A DNA stretch of 64,000 nt from Syntrophaceae bacterium UBA4054. GTDB taxonomy: Bacteria > Desulfobacterota > Syntrophia > Syntrophales > UBA4778. A model generated the notes under the pieces. That model made no database searches. It worked only from the letters and a program-made list of their open reading frames with translations, and had not been told where the DNA came from. A program made the translations under genes and the position numbers. The stretch lies in assembly GCA_002383495.1 (NCBI GenBank), contig DFZO01000001.1, positions 4,374 through 68,373 of the forward strand, given 5' to 3'. Below are positions 22,407 to 33,368 of the stretch, piece after piece. Each line of letters opens with the position of its first letter. Within the stretch, counting starts at the first letter, position 1.

Positions 22407-23888
22407 TCACTCGATCGTCCAGGTCGTGACCCCCTGGGAATCCTTCAGGACAATGCCCTTCGCGGCAAGGCTGTTCCGGATATCATCGGCCCTCTTCCAG
22501 TCTTTGGAATCCCGGGCAACCTTTCTCTCGCTGATGAGGTTCTCAATCTCCCCCGTGTCCAGTCCCCGTTTTTCCGCCTCGCGATTTCTGTCTTTGAGGA
22601 AGTAGGCGTCAGGTTCATCGAGAAAAAGTCCCAGAACATGGCCTATCTCCTTCATGGCGGCTTTCGCCGCATGAACGACGAAAAGCGCATGATCCGCCGC
22701 GGAGAAATTCTTCTCACCCATGTAACCGTTCATCAGCCGGGCGGTCTCAAAAAGATAACCCACGGCCCTGGCCGTGTTGAAGTCATCGTCCATGGCCTCA
22801 ACGAAGCGCCCAGTGAGGCTTCTGACGTTTTCATAAACATCCTTGTCTTTCCCGGCCAGGCTCTCCGCCGCCGCGGATGAATGGCCCTGCGTCCCGGCCA
22901 GCATATCTTCCATCTTTTTAAGCGCCTCGTAAAACCGGCCCATTCCCATCCTGGCTTCGGAAAGAGAGTCTTCGGAAAAATCGAGGGGGCTCTTGTAATG
23001 GCTCTGCAAGACGAAAAGCCTCAGGACCTCGGGATGGTAATGCTTCAGAATATCGCGGATGGCAAAAACGTTGCCCAGAGACTTGGACATCTTCTCGCTG
23101 TTGACCTTGATGAACCCGTTGTGGATCCAGTAGTGTGCCAGCACTTTTCCCGTGGCGCCCTCCGACTGGGCGATTTCGTTCTCGTGGTGGGGAAAGATGA
23201 GATCCTCTCCGCCGCCGTGAATGTCGAAGGTATCCCCGAGATACCGCTGGCTCATGACGGAGCACTCGATATGCCAGCCCGGCCTTCCTCTCCCCCAGGG
23301 ACTCTCCCACCAGGGCTCTCCTCCCTTGCTGGCCTTCCACAGCGCGAAGTCCATGGGATTCCTTTTTTTCTCGTCTATATCGACTCGGGCGCCCGCCATC
23401 ATGTCGTCGAGGGCCCTGCCGGATAGCTTGCCGTAACCCGGAAATTTCTCAACGGCGTAATAGACGTCGCCGTCCATGACATAGGCAAGGCCCTTTTCAA
23501 TCAGCTGCGTGATGAGGCCTATCATTCCCTCAATGTTTTCCGTCGCCTTTGGCGTGATGGCGGGTCTGGCCACGTTTAGGGCCGCCATGTCCCGGTCATG
23601 TTCTTCGATATATCTTTCAGATATATCCCGGATCCCCACCTTTTCCGCGTTTGCCTTGTTGATGATCTTGTCGTCCACGTCCGTGTAATTTTTCACGTAG
23701 GTGACATCGAATCCCCGGTATTTCATGTAACGGGTGATCACATCGAAAACGATGGCGGAACGCGCGTGACCCACATGGCAGATGTCATAGACGGTGATGC
23801 CGCAGACATAGATGCCCACCTTCCCCTCTCGAATGGGTTTGAACTCTTCCTTTCTTCTCTTCAGGGTGTTGTAGAATCTCATAGCCAT
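22407..23888 (-). CDS. cysS: cysteine--tRNA ligase
   Basis: 493 aa with HVGHARS (HIGH) and KMSKSLGN motifs and a CysRS-like sequence throughout. Confidence 0.95.
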   Translation of the reverse strand: MAMRFYNTLKRRKEEFKPIREGKVGIYVCGITVYDICHVGHARSAIVFDVITRYMKYRGFDVTYVKNYTDVDDKIINKANAEKVGIRDISERYIEEHDRDMAALNVARPAITPKATENIEGMIGLITQLIEKGLAYVMDGDVYYAVEKFPGYGKLSGRALDDMMAGARVDIDEKKRNPMDFALWKASKGGEPWWESPWGRGRPGWHIECSVMSQRYLGDTFDIHGGGEDLIFPHHENEIAQSEGATGKVLAHYWIHNGFIKVNSEKMSKSLGNVFAIRDILKHYHPEVLRLFVLQSHYKSPLDFSEDSLSEARMGMGRFYEALKKMEDMLAGTQGHSSAAAESLAGKDKDVYENVRSLTGRFVEAMDDDFNTARAVGYLFETARLMNGYMGEKNFSAADHALFVVHAAKAAMKEIGHVLGLFLDEPDAYFLKDRNREAEKRGLDTGEIENLISERKVARDSKDWKRADDIRNSLAAKGIVLKDSQGVTTWTIE

Positions 23889-23965
23889 GGGACCACCTCG
23901 TGAAGCTTCAGGCTGTCAGCATAAGATGAGCGAGGCGCCGCAGGCGCCCCCATCGTTAAAGGTCA

Positions 23966-25018
23966 TTACGGGAACAGCGGGACCAGATCCAGCCCCGCGG
24001 CCTCCTTGAAACCGCACATGAGGTTCATGTTCTGCACGGCCTGGCCCGCGGCCCCTTTCACCAGATTGTCGATCGCCGAAAAGATCACGACCCTTCTAAA
24101 TCTGGCATCCACGGTGACGCCGATATCGCAAAAGTTCGAACCCCTCACGGACAGGAGATTGGGATACGTTCCTTCAGGGCAGATCCGGACGAATTTTTCC
24201 CCATCGTAGAATTCCCTGTAAAGCTCCAGGATATCCGCCGCTGCCCGGTCCTCGCGAAGCGTGGCATAGATGCTGCTCAGGATTCCCCTGTCCAGGGGCA
24301 GCAGGTGCGGGGTAAAGGACAGGTGGACGGGATACCCGGCCACGAGGCTGAGTTCCTGCTCCATCTCCGGGTTGTGGCGGTGCTTGAATACATTGTATGC
24401 CTTGAATCCCTCGTTGACCTCACAGAAGAGGGAACCGATCTTCGCTTCCCGCCCGGCGCCGCTGACGCCGGACTTGGCATCCACGATGATCGTGGACGGA
24501 TCGATCCAGCCTTCCTTCAAGAGCGGTGCGAGACCCAGGATGGCGCTCGTGGGATAGCAGCCTGGATTGGCCACGAGCCGCGCTGCTTTGATGGCATCCC
24601 GGTGCAGTTCCGGAAGGCCGTAAACGGCATCCTTGAGAAATTCCGGGGCTTCATGCTTCTCGTACCAGCGCTCGTAGAGGTTCTGATCGTGAAGGCGGAA
24701 ATCGGCGCTCAGATCGACAACCTTCTCTTCCGCTTCCAGGAAGACAGGAACAACATCCATGGCGGAACCGTGGGGCATGGCGAGAAAAACAAAGTCCGAC
24801 AGATCGGCCACGTCCTCGGGAGACGCGTCAATAAATCGCAGGTCCGTCAATCCCTCGAACACGGCATAGACATGAGAAACAGGCATGCCCTTGAACTGCC
24901 GCGACGTCAGGGCCGACACCTCGATATCGGGGTGCCTGAGCAGCAATCGAAGGAGTTCCTGTCCTGTATATCCGCTTGCTCCGTATATCCCGATTTTGAG
25001 CATGTCTTCACTCCACAC
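23966..25018 (-). CDS. argC: N-acetyl-gamma-glutamyl-phosphate reductase
   Basis: 350 aa with [14 protein letters not shown] and the PGCYPT active-site region. Confidence 0.93.
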   Translation of the reverse strand: MWSEDMLKIGIYGASGYTGQELLRLLLRHPDIEVSALTSRQFKGMPVSHVYAVFEGLTDLRFIDASPEDVADLSDFVFLAMPHGSAMDVVPVFLEAEEKVVDLSADFRLHDQNLYERWYEKHEAPEFLKDAVYGLPELHRDAIKAARLVANPGCYPTSAILGLAPLLKEGWIDPSTIIVDAKSGVSGAGREAKIGSLFCEVNEGFKAYNVFKHRHNPEMEQELSLVAGYPVHLSFTPHLLPLDRGILSSIYATLREDRAAADILELYREFYDGEKFVRICPEGTYPNLLSVRGSNFCDIGVTVDARFRRVVIFSAIDNLVKGAAGQAVQNMNLMCGFKEAAGLDLVPLFP

Positions 25019-25020
25019 AC

Positions 25021-25045
25021 AAAAAAGGAGGCTAAAGGCCCCCTT
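25021..25045 (-). terminator. candidate intrinsic terminator after rpsI
   Basis: The minus strand reads AGGGGGC-CUUUA-GCCUCCU followed by UUUUUU. It sits immediately before the argC RBS, so it is probably only partial. Confidence 0.4.
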
Positions 25046-25061
25046 TTCGATTTCCTGCTGA

Positions 25062-25454
25062 TTATCGCTTTGAAAACTGGAACCGTTTCCGGGCCCCGGG
25101 CTGACCGTATTTTTTTCTTTCTTTGATCCGGGAATCTCTCGTGAGGAAGCCGGCCTTTTTGAGAACCGACCTCAATTCCAGATCGAACTCCACGAGCGCC
25201 CGCGCGATGCCGTGCTTTATGGCTCCGGCCTGTCCGGCAATTCCGCCGCCCTGGACATTGACATGAACGTCGAAGGATTCCTTCTTTCCCGTAAGTTCCA
25301 GGGGTCTCGATATCAGGTTCTTGAGGGTTTCCCGGGTAAAATACTCATCATGACGCTTCTTGTTGATCGTCATGGCACCGCTGCCTTCCTTCAGCCATAC
25401 CCTGGCGATGGCGGATTTTCTCTTGCCTGTAGCATAATAACTTTTTGCTGCCAT
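25062..25454 (-). CDS. rpsI: 30S ribosomal protein S9
   Basis: 130 aa ending ..[11 protein letters not shown]. Confidence 0.97.
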   Translation of the reverse strand: MAAKSYYATGKRKSAIARVWLKEGSGAMTINKKRHDEYFTRETLKNLISRPLELTGKKESFDVHVNVQGGGIAGQAGAIKHGIARALVEFDLELRSVLKKAGFLTRDSRIKERKKYGQPGARKRFQFSKR

Positions 25455-25520
25455 TTCCTTCTCCAGAAACTCTATTAGATGTGAAGATCGATGCGGGATG
25501 ATTCCCGATCTGAATCTTTC

Positions 25521-25952
25521 TTATTTGACGTCGAGGGACCGGGGTGTCTGCGCCTCATGGGGGTGATCGGTCCCGGCATATATTTTCAGCTTCTTCAGCA
25601 TCAACTTTCCCAGGGAATTTTTCGGAAGCATCCCCTTCACCGCGATCCTCAAAACCTCTTCAGGCTTTTTCTTGAGCAGCTTCCCCGCCGTGATGGATTT
25701 AATGCCTCCCGGATACCCGGAATGATGGTAATAAACCTTGTCGTCAAGCTTCTTTCCCGTGAGCGCGATCTTCTCAGCGTTGATGACCACCACAAAATCG
25801 CCTGTATCCGCATGGGGCGTGAATTCGGGCTTATGCTTTCCTCTCAGGCGACTGGCAATCTCCGCGGCAAGTCTTCCTAAAACCTTATCCTGGGCGTCAA
25901 TGAGGTACCAGTCCCGGCTTACACCCTCTTTTTTAGCAATGAACGTCTTCAT
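25521..25952 (-). CDS. rplM: 50S ribosomal protein L13
   Basis: 143 aa with [15 protein letters not shown]. Confidence 0.97.
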   Translation of the reverse strand: MKTFIAKKEGVSRDWYLIDAQDKVLGRLAAEIASRLRGKHKPEFTPHADTGDFVVVINAEKIALTGKKLDDKVYYHHSGYPGGIKSITAGKLLKKKPEEVLRIAVKGMLPKNSLGKLMLKKLKIYAGTDHPHEAQTPRSLDVK

Positions 25953-25985
25953 GAAACCACCGTGCCTTCAAAAATTTAAAGGAGA

Positions 25986-26014
25986 AAGATACGTAATATA
26001 TTGGCGTCTGTCAA
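25986..26014 (-). promoter_or_regulatory. candidate sigma70 promoter for rplM-rpsI
   Basis: The minus strand reads TTGACA (26009-26014), a 17-nt spacer, then TATCTT (25986-25991), about 35 nt upstream of the rplM start. Confidence 0.45.
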
Positions 26015-26044
26015 GGGAAAAAATGACCGGAAATTATCTACTCA

Positions 26045-28294
26045 TTACGGGCGCATGGACTCCGGTTTAGCCCCTACTCCCCCCACTTTTCCCAGACCAT
26101 AAAGAGAGAAGACCGCCATGTACCGCCGGTCATTATCCAGGTCTGAATAGGAGAACTCCACGCTCCAGCATTGCTTGTGATAATCCAGGATAAAGGTCTT
26201 TTCGAGGTCTTTGTGATCGAATTCGTTTCTCCGCTGAATGTACCTTAAATCAACAGCTTTGGTCATTTTGGCCTTCAGGTCGAGATTGATCTCCTGAAGG
26301 GAATCCTGGGTGTAGCGGTACCCGAGAGTGGCCGAATCACCGCGTCCGTCACTGACGGTGAGATCGTGATTGACGGTTTTCCATTCACCGTCGTTCGTAT
26401 CATAGGTTGCCAGCGACCGGTAACTGAGATATTTCGCGGGCAGGAGGTCGAACTCCAGGGACGCGGGGCTGAACGGCCTCCGTTCCGCCTCCCCTTTTGA
26501 ACTTCGATACTCGCGGACATCAAAGGTCTGGCTCAGCTTGAAGCGCAAAAACTCGAGATAGGTGAATTTATCCGGATCTAATTTCACCGCTCGGGCCTTC
26601 TCTTTTTCGCCCGGTTTCCTTTCCTTCGTTTCTTTCACCTTGGCGATGACCGTGTTTGTCAGGGCGTAAGTAATGGTGTTCGTCTCAGGAACACCGGTGA
26701 CAAAATCGGGCATATTGTCCTGCTTGACATAGGGTATGTAGCTGTAGGTGATCTCCGGCTTGATGCCGTGCCGGATTTTATTGATGGATCCGAGGTTGAC
26801 GTCAAAGATGCGATGTGCTTCCGAGGAGGCATTCAACCCGAGAGTGTAAAGCGCGCGATCGCCGTTCTTGTCCTCCACGCCGCCCCTCCCCTCCCAGGCG
26901 GTCCCTTTCAGGCCCACAGCGGGCGTCATCTGCAGGTAATCGCCAAAACTTCGTGGAAGAGAAAAGACGGGGTTCACATCTGTCCAGTGTCCCTTTTCCC
27001 CGGTCACCCGGTAGGCGTATTGATAGGAAGAGGCCAGTTCAAAGTACACGGGGCTCTTGAAGATCGGCTGCTTTAAACCGGTAAAGGTGACATTGGGATA
27101 ACTTTGAAGCGTGGCGTTATTGGTCACGGTTGCCAGATTATCCGTGTATTTGCCCATCACCGTGAGATTGTATAATTGCCAATCCTTCACAATGCGGGCC
27201 GTTGAATCGAGCGACGCCAGCGACTTATCGCCGAAAAAAGAAACCCGTTGATACTTGTTGGCGCCCGTTTGCGAATAATTGTCCAGGTAGTAATTGGAGT
27301 CGGTGAAATCCCTGAAATACCAGTGATCCGAGACACGGGCGATATCGGTTCTCAGATAGAAACCGGGCGTAAAGGTGGTTTCATGGTTCAGGTAGTAGGA
27401 CCACCTCCTCTGGTTTCCCTTCCAGATCCTCCCGAGGCCGTCTTCCATTGACGTGTTGTTTATGGAGTCGATGTCTTTGGTGTCATTCAGATAATCGGCA
27501 TAGAACGTCCCGAAGGAATCCTTGCTGATAGCGTACCTGAATTCCATCCCCTCCTTCCATCCCCTCTTTTCCAGATAACGCTGATAGAAGGTGGCATCCG
27601 TGTTGTCGGAGATGGCCCAGAAGAAAGGAAGTTCTATATCCCAGCCGTTCACATCCCTTGAAAAGGCCACCTTGGGAAAGAGGAATCCCGACTGACGCTT
27701 GGTCTTGGCGGGGAAGATGAAGTAGGGCGCATAGAAGATCGGGAAATTCTTCACGTCGAAGGTTCCGTGCTTCAACGTGCCGTAGCCTTCGATGGTCACG
27801 TCCAGTTCACTTCCGGTGAATCTCCAGGCTGGATGGTCGCCGTCGCAGGTCGTGGCGGTGGCATCCTTGATGAAATACGTGCTTTCACCTTTCTTCTGGA
27901 TCTCTTTTCCCTTCAGATAGAGATGGTTTTCGGAAAGAAACGCCTTGCCCTGGTAAGCAACACCCGTCTTGGATGAAAGGTTATAGCGGACCTTGTCCCC
28001 CTCCAGGAGATCATCCTTGCTGGTGATAAAGACATCTCCGTCGGCAAAGGCATCTCCCGTCTTCCGGTGATAAACGACGGAGTCGGCCAGGAGAAAACCG
28101 TCCGTGAATGTGACAATCACGTTTCCCGAGGCGTGATACGAATCCGCTTCCTTGTCATAGCTCAGCTGATCCGATTCGATATTCACCGCCCCCTTGATCC
28201 CTCTTTCAGCGGCGATGGACGGGGGGACGAATGAAAAAAACGCCAGGAGGCCTGTCAACAGGAGAGCGGTGTCAAAAAAACACGTTTTTTTCAT
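26045..28294 (-). CDS. lptD: LPS-assembly outer-membrane protein LptD (OstA family)
   Basis: 749 aa with a signal peptide, an OstA-like N-terminal domain and a large Y/F/W-rich beta-barrel region. Confidence 0.85.
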   Translation of the reverse strand: MKKTCFFDTALLLTGLLAFFSFVPPSIAAERGIKGAVNIESDQLSYDKEADSYHASGNVIVTFTDGFLLADSVVYHRKTGDAFADGDVFITSKDDLLEGDKVRYNLSSKTGVAYQGKAFLSENHLYLKGKEIQKKGESTYFIKDATATTCDGDHPAWRFTGSELDVTIEGYGTLKHGTFDVKNFPIFYAPYFIFPAKTKRQSGFLFPKVAFSRDVNGWDIELPFFWAISDNTDATFYQRYLEKRGWKEGMEFRYAISKDSFGTFYADYLNDTKDIDSINNTSMEDGLGRIWKGNQRRWSYYLNHETTFTPGFYLRTDIARVSDHWYFRDFTDSNYYLDNYSQTGANKYQRVSFFGDKSLASLDSTARIVKDWQLYNLTVMGKYTDNLATVTNNATLQSYPNVTFTGLKQPIFKSPVYFELASSYQYAYRVTGEKGHWTDVNPVFSLPRSFGDYLQMTPAVGLKGTAWEGRGGVEDKNGDRALYTLGLNASSEAHRIFDVNLGSINKIRHGIKPEITYSYIPYVKQDNMPDFVTGVPETNTITYALTNTVIAKVKETKERKPGEKEKARAVKLDPDKFTYLEFLRFKLSQTFDVREYRSSKGEAERRPFSPASLEFDLLPAKYLSYRSLATYDTNDGEWKTVNHDLTVSDGRGDSATLGYRYTQDSLQEINLDLKAKMTKAVDLRYIQRRNEFDHKDLEKTFILDYHKQCWSVEFSYSDLDNDRRYMAVFSLYGLGKVGGVGAKPESMRP

Positions 28295-28316
28295 ATCCCT
28301 TTTGTCCTGATGGAGA

Positions 28317-29615
28317 TCACTGACGTTTCTTCAGTCTCGCTGTTTCCATTCCCTTCATGCGGGAGAAGGCCTTTTTTATTTCTCCCACCAGGTAGAGAGA
28401 ACCGGCGACGCAGATCAGATCCTCCCTGCCTGCAAGGCGGAAAGCCTCCCGGAGAGCTTCGCGCGGATCTTCCACGACCATGACATGGCCCGCATCTTTC
28501 AGAACCGTTTCCCGGAGGTCCCGGGGCGGCATGGCCCTTTCGCTCCTGGGCCGGGTGAGGATCAGCCGGTGAGCGGCCGGTTCCATTTTTTTCAGCATGG
28601 TGCGGTAATCCTTGTCACGGAGGACACCGAAAACAAGAATCAGGCGCCGATAAGAAAATTCCCTCGCAAGAGCGCGGCGAAGTGTGGCGATACCCGCAGG
28701 ATTATGGGCGCCGTCCACCAGCAGAGTCGGGAACTCCTGAAGGGTCTCGAGCCTCCCTTCCCATCGTGCCGCCCTCAAACCTTTGATCACAGCCTCCCGC
28801 GCAACCGGAAGGCCGCGGGAATGGAGGACCTCCGATACGCCCGCAGCAAGGGCGGCGTTCTCCATCTGGTGCCGCCCCTTGAGAGGAACATCGATTCGGC
28901 TGTATTTCCGGCCGATACCCCTGCAGGAAAAAGCGCCCTCTCCCCTTTTCCGGATGAGGATATCCCGGCCCAGACGATACAGCCGGGCTCCCCGTTCAAC
29001 GCAGATATCCTCCAGGACGTTTCTGACACTCTTTTGCCTCGCAGCGGTCAGGCATATCCCGTTTTTCCTTATGATTCCGGCCTTTTCCCGCGCAATGGCC
29101 GCAAGGCTGCCTCCCAGAAATTCCCGGTGCTCCAGAGAAATGTTGGATATGACGCAAACCTCAGGAGTCACGAGATTGGTGGCATCAAATCTCCCTCCCA
29201 TTCCAACCTCGAGAACCGCCATATCCACCCCGCAGCGGGAAAAATGGAGAAAAGCCAGGAGCGTGGTGAATTCGAAGTAAGTCAGTTCTTCGTCCAGGCC
29301 CCATCGCGCCGTTTCTATCAGCTCACGGAGATCCCGACGTGAGATCATGAGGCCGTTCACCCGTATTCGCTCCCTGTAGTCCGTGAGGTGAGGTGAGGTG
29401 TAGAGGCCTGTCTTGAGCCCCGCCTCAATGAATATGGAGGAAACCATCGCTGCAATCGATCCCTTGCCGTTCGAGCCGGCAATGAGAACGGATCGATAAT
29501 CACGCTCCGGGTGATGGAATCTCTTGAGAACTCTCGAAAGGGGAGCCGGGTCCGTGCGAATGCCAAGACTTTTCAGCGAACGAAGGTATGTCAGGGGATC
29601 CCGTGAGCTCCTCAT
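28317..29615 (-). CDS. folC: folylpolyglutamate synthase/dihydrofolate synthase
   Basis: 432 aa with the Mur-ligase P-loop IAGSNGKGS and FolC-like overall sequence. Confidence 0.88.
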   Translation of the reverse strand: MRSSRDPLTYLRSLKSLGIRTDPAPLSRVLKRFHHPERDYRSVLIAGSNGKGSIAAMVSSIFIEAGLKTGLYTSPHLTDYRERIRVNGLMISRRDLRELIETARWGLDEELTYFEFTTLLAFLHFSRCGVDMAVLEVGMGGRFDATNLVTPEVCVISNISLEHREFLGGSLAAIAREKAGIIRKNGICLTAARQKSVRNVLEDICVERGARLYRLGRDILIRKRGEGAFSCRGIGRKYSRIDVPLKGRHQMENAALAAGVSEVLHSRGLPVAREAVIKGLRAARWEGRLETLQEFPTLLVDGAHNPAGIATLRRALAREFSYRRLILVFGVLRDKDYRTMLKKMEPAAHRLILTRPRSERAMPPRDLRETVLKDAGHVMVVEDPREALREAFRLAGREDLICVAGSLYLVGEIKKAFSRMKGMETARLKKRQ

Positions 29616-29618
29616 CGA

Positions 29619-30392
29619 TCAAAGCTTTATCACTTCTCCGTCCTTGAGAATTTTAATATTTCTGTTGCTGATCCGGAGGATGCTGTCCCCGATGCGCTTA
29701 AGGTCGAGCATGGGTTTCATGTGAAAGAGATAAATGTCCGGCGCATGGTCCCCCAGTTTCTTGAGCTCCGTGTCAAGGCAGGACGGCGTGAGGTGGCCTG
29801 ACAGGGCCGCAAGGTTCTTCAAACTGTCATGAAAAGACGTCTCAATGAAGATGGCCTTGAGGTCCTCATATCCCCGGGCAATCTCCCAGAGCCGTTCCGT
29901 GGGTCCTGTATCTCCCACAAAAATGACCGTTCCGCCCTCGAATTCAATGATGTAACCCACCGTTTCAACGGAATGGCTGACCCTGACCGCCGTGACTGAA
30001 AGATCACCAAGAGAGTGTTTCACCTCCAGTGCCAGGGGCTCAAAGGCCATCACGGGCTTCTCAATGCTGGGTATGCATGAAAAATCAGGCCAGATGACAT
30101 CGTTGAAAAGATGGTCCTTCATGGCACGGATGATTCCTGGAGTGCTCAAAACGGTGATCGGGGAATTCCTTCCGGCGCTGATATTGATGTTATCCGCCAG
30201 AAACATCATTTCGCACACATGATCAAGATGAGCATGGGTTATCAGGATATGATCGATTCTGGCCTGCTCCTCAATCGTGAGGACAGACGTGACGGTGCCG
30301 GCATCGACGAGAACCCGCCCGTTCAACAGAAAACCTGTGGTTTTATACCCGGGCAGCTGAGACCCGTAACAACCCAGCACTTTTATTTCCAT
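29619..30392 (-). CDS. metallo-beta-lactamase-fold hydrolase, class-II cyclic-nucleotide phosphodiesterase-like
   Basis: 257 aa with the HILITHAHLDH motif. The subfamily assignment is from memory only. Confidence 0.6.
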   Translation of the reverse strand: MEIKVLGCYGSQLPGYKTTGFLLNGRVLVDAGTVTSVLTIEEQARIDHILITHAHLDHVCEMMFLADNINISAGRNSPITVLSTPGIIRAMKDHLFNDVIWPDFSCIPSIEKPVMAFEPLALEVKHSLGDLSVTAVRVSHSVETVGYIIEFEGGTVIFVGDTGPTERLWEIARGYEDLKAIFIETSFHDSLKNLAALSGHLTPSCLDTELKKLGDHAPDIYLFHMKPMLDLKRIGDSILRISNRNIKILKDGEVIKL

Positions 30393-30494
30393 CGCCCTTA
30401 TCCCCCACCCCTTTTGAAGCGATAATTTCGCTTATCATAGCTTCCCCCCGAGGGCAATACTTTATCGGCCATCCACCCCGGTTTCGTCAATAAA

Positions 30495-30533
30495 AAAGAC
30501 ACTAAAAAAGCCATGGATCGGTCATCCATGGCT
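30495..30533 (-). terminator. intrinsic terminator
   Basis: The minus strand reads AGCCAUGGAU-GACCG-AUCCAUGGCU (10-bp stem) followed by UUUUUUAGUGUCUUUUUU. It lies ~100 nt downstream of the 30633 stop. Confidence 0.7.
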
Positions 30534-30632
30534 CCCCGACTTATAATCTCCCCCCTCCGGGGTCGTTCCGCACAAACCAGCCCCCGTGCCAAGAGCTTGA
30601 ACATGCTGAAGCAGACAGGACCGGCTTTCTTC

Positions 30633-30893
30633 TTAATCCGGCGTGACCTTCAACATTTCATCACCGGGACGGACACGGTCAGAGGTTTTGATGCCGATGT
30701 AATCGCCAGCCACGGCCTTTTCGACCTTCTGGTTGTTGATTTCCATGGATTCAATGACCTCTTCAAAATCCGTCGTATGACCGGTGAATTTCACCTTGTC
30801 TCCCACATTTAAATCCCCGGCAACGATCTTCACAGCGGCAACACTTGGTTTCGCGAAAAATTTGACCACCTCTCCAACCTTCAATTCCGCCAT
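30633..30893 (-). CDS. small EF-Tu-domain-2-like beta-barrel protein (translation elongation factor-like protein)
   Basis: The likely start is MAELKVGEVVKFF (30893); the track ORF extends to 30923. It has GD.V.F.G......V.S.......V..A..GD.IGIK, as in EF-Tu domain II. Confidence 0.55.
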   Translation of the reverse strand: MAELKVGEVVKFFAKPSVAAVKIVAGDLNVGDKVKFTGHTTDFEEVIESMEINNQKVEKAVAGDYIGIKTSDRVRPGDEMLKVTPD

Positions 30894-31039
30894 GACTGAA
30901 CCTCCTTTCAATGGTGAGTTCAACTCTCACGGCACACGGCTCATGGGAAAACGAATACCCGCTGATTCGACATGCCATGAGGAAAACAAGAGCAATCGGT
31001 GTATGTATAGCTTTTATTTGCCGAAAAAATCAAGGAAAA

Positions 31040-31085
31040 ACATAATGGAAAGCCCTCCCCGATCCGGAGGTCGCGGGAGGGCTTC
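31040..31085 (-). terminator. candidate intrinsic terminator after rplQ
   Basis: On the minus strand AAGCCCUCCC pairs with GGGAGGGCUU (10 bp, ~14-nt loop), followed by a U-rich tract. Confidence 0.45.
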
Positions 31086-31108
31086 ATGAACAGAATAGGA
31101 TTGATTTT

Positions 31109-31510
31109 CTACTTCTTTTTGGTGGAAGGCTCTTTCTTCTGGCTTTTCTCGCCCGGTACGGGAACGAGCTCGACAACAGAAATGGGGGCGTTGTCGCCGG
31201 GACGATGGCCGATCTTCACAATCCTCGTATAGCCTCCCGCCCTTTCACTGTATCGGGGAGAAAGTTCCTCGAAAAGTTTTTTCGTCACCATGCCTTCCCT
31301 GATAAAAGAATCCGCCTGCCTTCTCGCATGAAGGTCTCCTCTTTTACCCAGGGTGATCATCTTCTCGGCAATGCTTCTCAGTTCCTTGGCTTTGGCATCG
31401 GTCGTCACAATCTTTTCTTCTTTCAGCAGGGACGTCACCATGTTCCTCAGCATCGCCTTCCGATGGCTCGTGGTCCTTCCCAGTTTTCTTCCCGCTTTTT
31501 TATGATGCAT
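31109..31510 (-). CDS. rplQ: 50S ribosomal protein L17
   Basis: 133 aa with [18 protein letters not shown]. Confidence 0.97.
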   Translation of the reverse strand: MHHKKAGRKLGRTTSHRKAMLRNMVTSLLKEEKIVTTDAKAKELRSIAEKMITLGKRGDLHARRQADSFIREGMVTKKLFEELSPRYSERAGGYTRIVKIGHRPGDNAPISVVELVPVPGEKSQKKEPSTKKK

Positions 31511-31545
31511 CGAATCTCGTTCCTTTCCAGTCAGACAAAAAACGT

Positions 31546-32580
31546 TTAACTCTTCGCTTCCTTGCCCTTCTCTTTCTCGGTCTTGGTCCAGGGAGGAAAA
31601 TCAATCTTCATGCCAAGGCTCAGCCCCATCTCCGACAGGATTTCCTTGATCTCGTTCAATGACTTTCTGCCGAAGTTCTTTGTCTTGAGCATTTCGGCTT
31701 CCGTCTTCTGAACGAGTTCCCCGATCAGGCTGATGCCGGCATTCTTCAGACAGTTGGCGGAGCGGACAGAGAGTTCCAGTTCATCGACGCTTCTCAAGAG
31801 GTTTTCATTTATCTTTTCCTTCTCTTCGATCTTGTCGTGTTTTTCTTCCTGCTCGATCTCTTCGAAGTTTATAAAGACATCCAGCTGTTCCTTCAAGATC
31901 TTGGCGGCGTACGCCATGGCATCTTCCGGAAGGATGCTGCCGTCCGTCCAGATCTCCATATCCAGACGGTCATAATCCGTGATCTGTCCGACGCGGGCAT
32001 GAGATACGGTGTAAGCAACTTTCTTGATAGGAGAAAAGATCGCATCAATGTTCATGGTTCCTTCCGGCTGGTCCGGATCCCGCTCCATCCGGGCCGGAAC
32101 GTAGCCCTTCCCCATTTTTACAACCATTTCCGCCTTCAAAGAAACACCTGCTGAAAGGGTGGCAATGTAGTGATCCTGATTCAAGATCTCCACCGTTCCG
32201 TCGGTGATGATATCCCCTGCCGTCACGGTGCCCTCTTTTGAGACATCCAGACGAAGGGTTCTCACCCCTTCCTGGTTCTGCTTCAATCGCACACCTTTCA
32301 GATTCAGGATGATGTCGCTCACGTCCTCCCTTACCCCGGGGATCGTGGAAAACTCGTGAAGAACGGTATCAAACTTCACGGAGACAATAGCCGAACCGCG
32401 AATGGACGAAAGGAGAATCCGACGCAACGCGTTTCCAAGAGTGATGCCGAATCCCTTTTCCAGGGGTTGGCATGTGAATTCTCCGTAAAATCGTGTATGG
32501 GTTTTCTCGTCAACCTCGATTCGCTTCGGTCTTATCAGACTGCGCCAATTTTTTCGCATTGTTTCGCTTCCTCGTGTCAT
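31546..32580 (-). CDS. rpoA: DNA-directed RNA polymerase subunit alpha
   Basis: 344 aa with [16 protein letters not shown] and a C-terminal domain [12 protein letters not shown]. An alternative start at 32559 has a better GAGGA RBS. Confidence 0.96.
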   Translation of the reverse strand: MTRGSETMRKNWRSLIRPKRIEVDEKTHTRFYGEFTCQPLEKGFGITLGNALRRILLSSIRGSAIVSVKFDTVLHEFSTIPGVREDVSDIILNLKGVRLKQNQEGVRTLRLDVSKEGTVTAGDIITDGTVEILNQDHYIATLSAGVSLKAEMVVKMGKGYVPARMERDPDQPEGTMNIDAIFSPIKKVAYTVSHARVGQITDYDRLDMEIWTDGSILPEDAMAYAAKILKEQLDVFINFEEIEQEEKHDKIEEKEKINENLLRSVDELELSVRSANCLKNAGISLIGELVQKTEAEMLKTKNFGRKSLNEIKEILSEMGLSLGMKIDFPPWTKTEKEKGKEAKS

Positions 32581-32592
32581 ATGGTTATCCCG

Positions 32593-33219
32593 CTATTTTG
32601 AGTAAAGCTCGACCACCAACTGCTCCTGAATCGGCATGGTAATGTCCTCCCGTGCCGGGAGCATTTTCACGACACCCTGAAAATGATCCTTGTCCAGCTC
32701 CAACCACTGCGGAATGCCCCGCCTGGCAATCGTTCCCATGGAATCGATGATCCGCGCCACCTTTCTGCTCTTCTCTTTCACGGAAATCACGTCTCCGGCA
32801 CTGACCAGATAGGAAGGGATGTTCACTTTCTTTCCGTTCACCAGGAAATGGTTCTGAGTGACCAGAAGCCGGGCTTCCGCCCGCGAGTTGGCAAAACCCA
32901 TACGATAGACAATGTTATCCAGCCTTCTCTCCAGGAAAATCAACAAATTTGTTCCGGTTACGCCCTTCTGTTTTTCGGCCTTCTCGAAGTAGTTCTTGAA
33001 TTGCGTCTCCAGGAGACCAAACATTCTCTTCAGTCTCTGTTTTTCCCTCAGCTGGACACCGTAATCCGAGTGTTTCCTCCTCGCCTGCCCGTGTTCTCCC
33101 GGAGCATAGCCTCTTCTTTCGAAGCCGCACTTATCCGTATAGCAACGGTCCCCCTTGAAAAAGAGCTTGATTCCTTCGCTCCGGCATGTCCTGCACAACG
33201 ATCCTCTGTACCTGGCCAA
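32593..33219 (-). CDS. rpsD: 30S ribosomal protein S4
   Basis: 208 aa starting [13 protein letters not shown]. It uses a TTG start 5 nt after GGGAGG. Confidence 0.96.
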   Translation of the reverse strand: MARYRGSLCRTCRSEGIKLFFKGDRCYTDKCGFERRGYAPGEHGQARRKHSDYGVQLREKQRLKRMFGLLETQFKNYFEKAEKQKGVTGTNLLIFLERRLDNIVYRMGFANSRAEARLLVTQNHFLVNGKKVNIPSYLVSAGDVISVKEKSRKVARIIDSMGTIARRGIPQWLELDKDHFQGVVKMLPAREDITMPIQEQLVVELYSK

Positions 33220-33368
33220 ATCATCCTCCCATTAAAATCAAATTCTAAATTCTAATTCCGAAACCCAAAACAGAATTATCGTTCAAGCAACCGACGCGAA
33301 ATCCCTTGGACCCTTGGATTTTGGACGTCGTTTAGAATTTATATATTAGAATTTCGGATTTGCTTCTC
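33220..33368 (-). promoter_or_regulatory. structured 149-nt rpsK-rpsD spacer (candidate r-protein autoregulatory leader)
   Basis: The RNA arms encoded at 33346-33362 and 33239-33255 pair at 15 of 17 positions. They enclose the nested helices CGACG/CGUCG and AAAUCC/GGAUUU. Confidence 0.35.
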
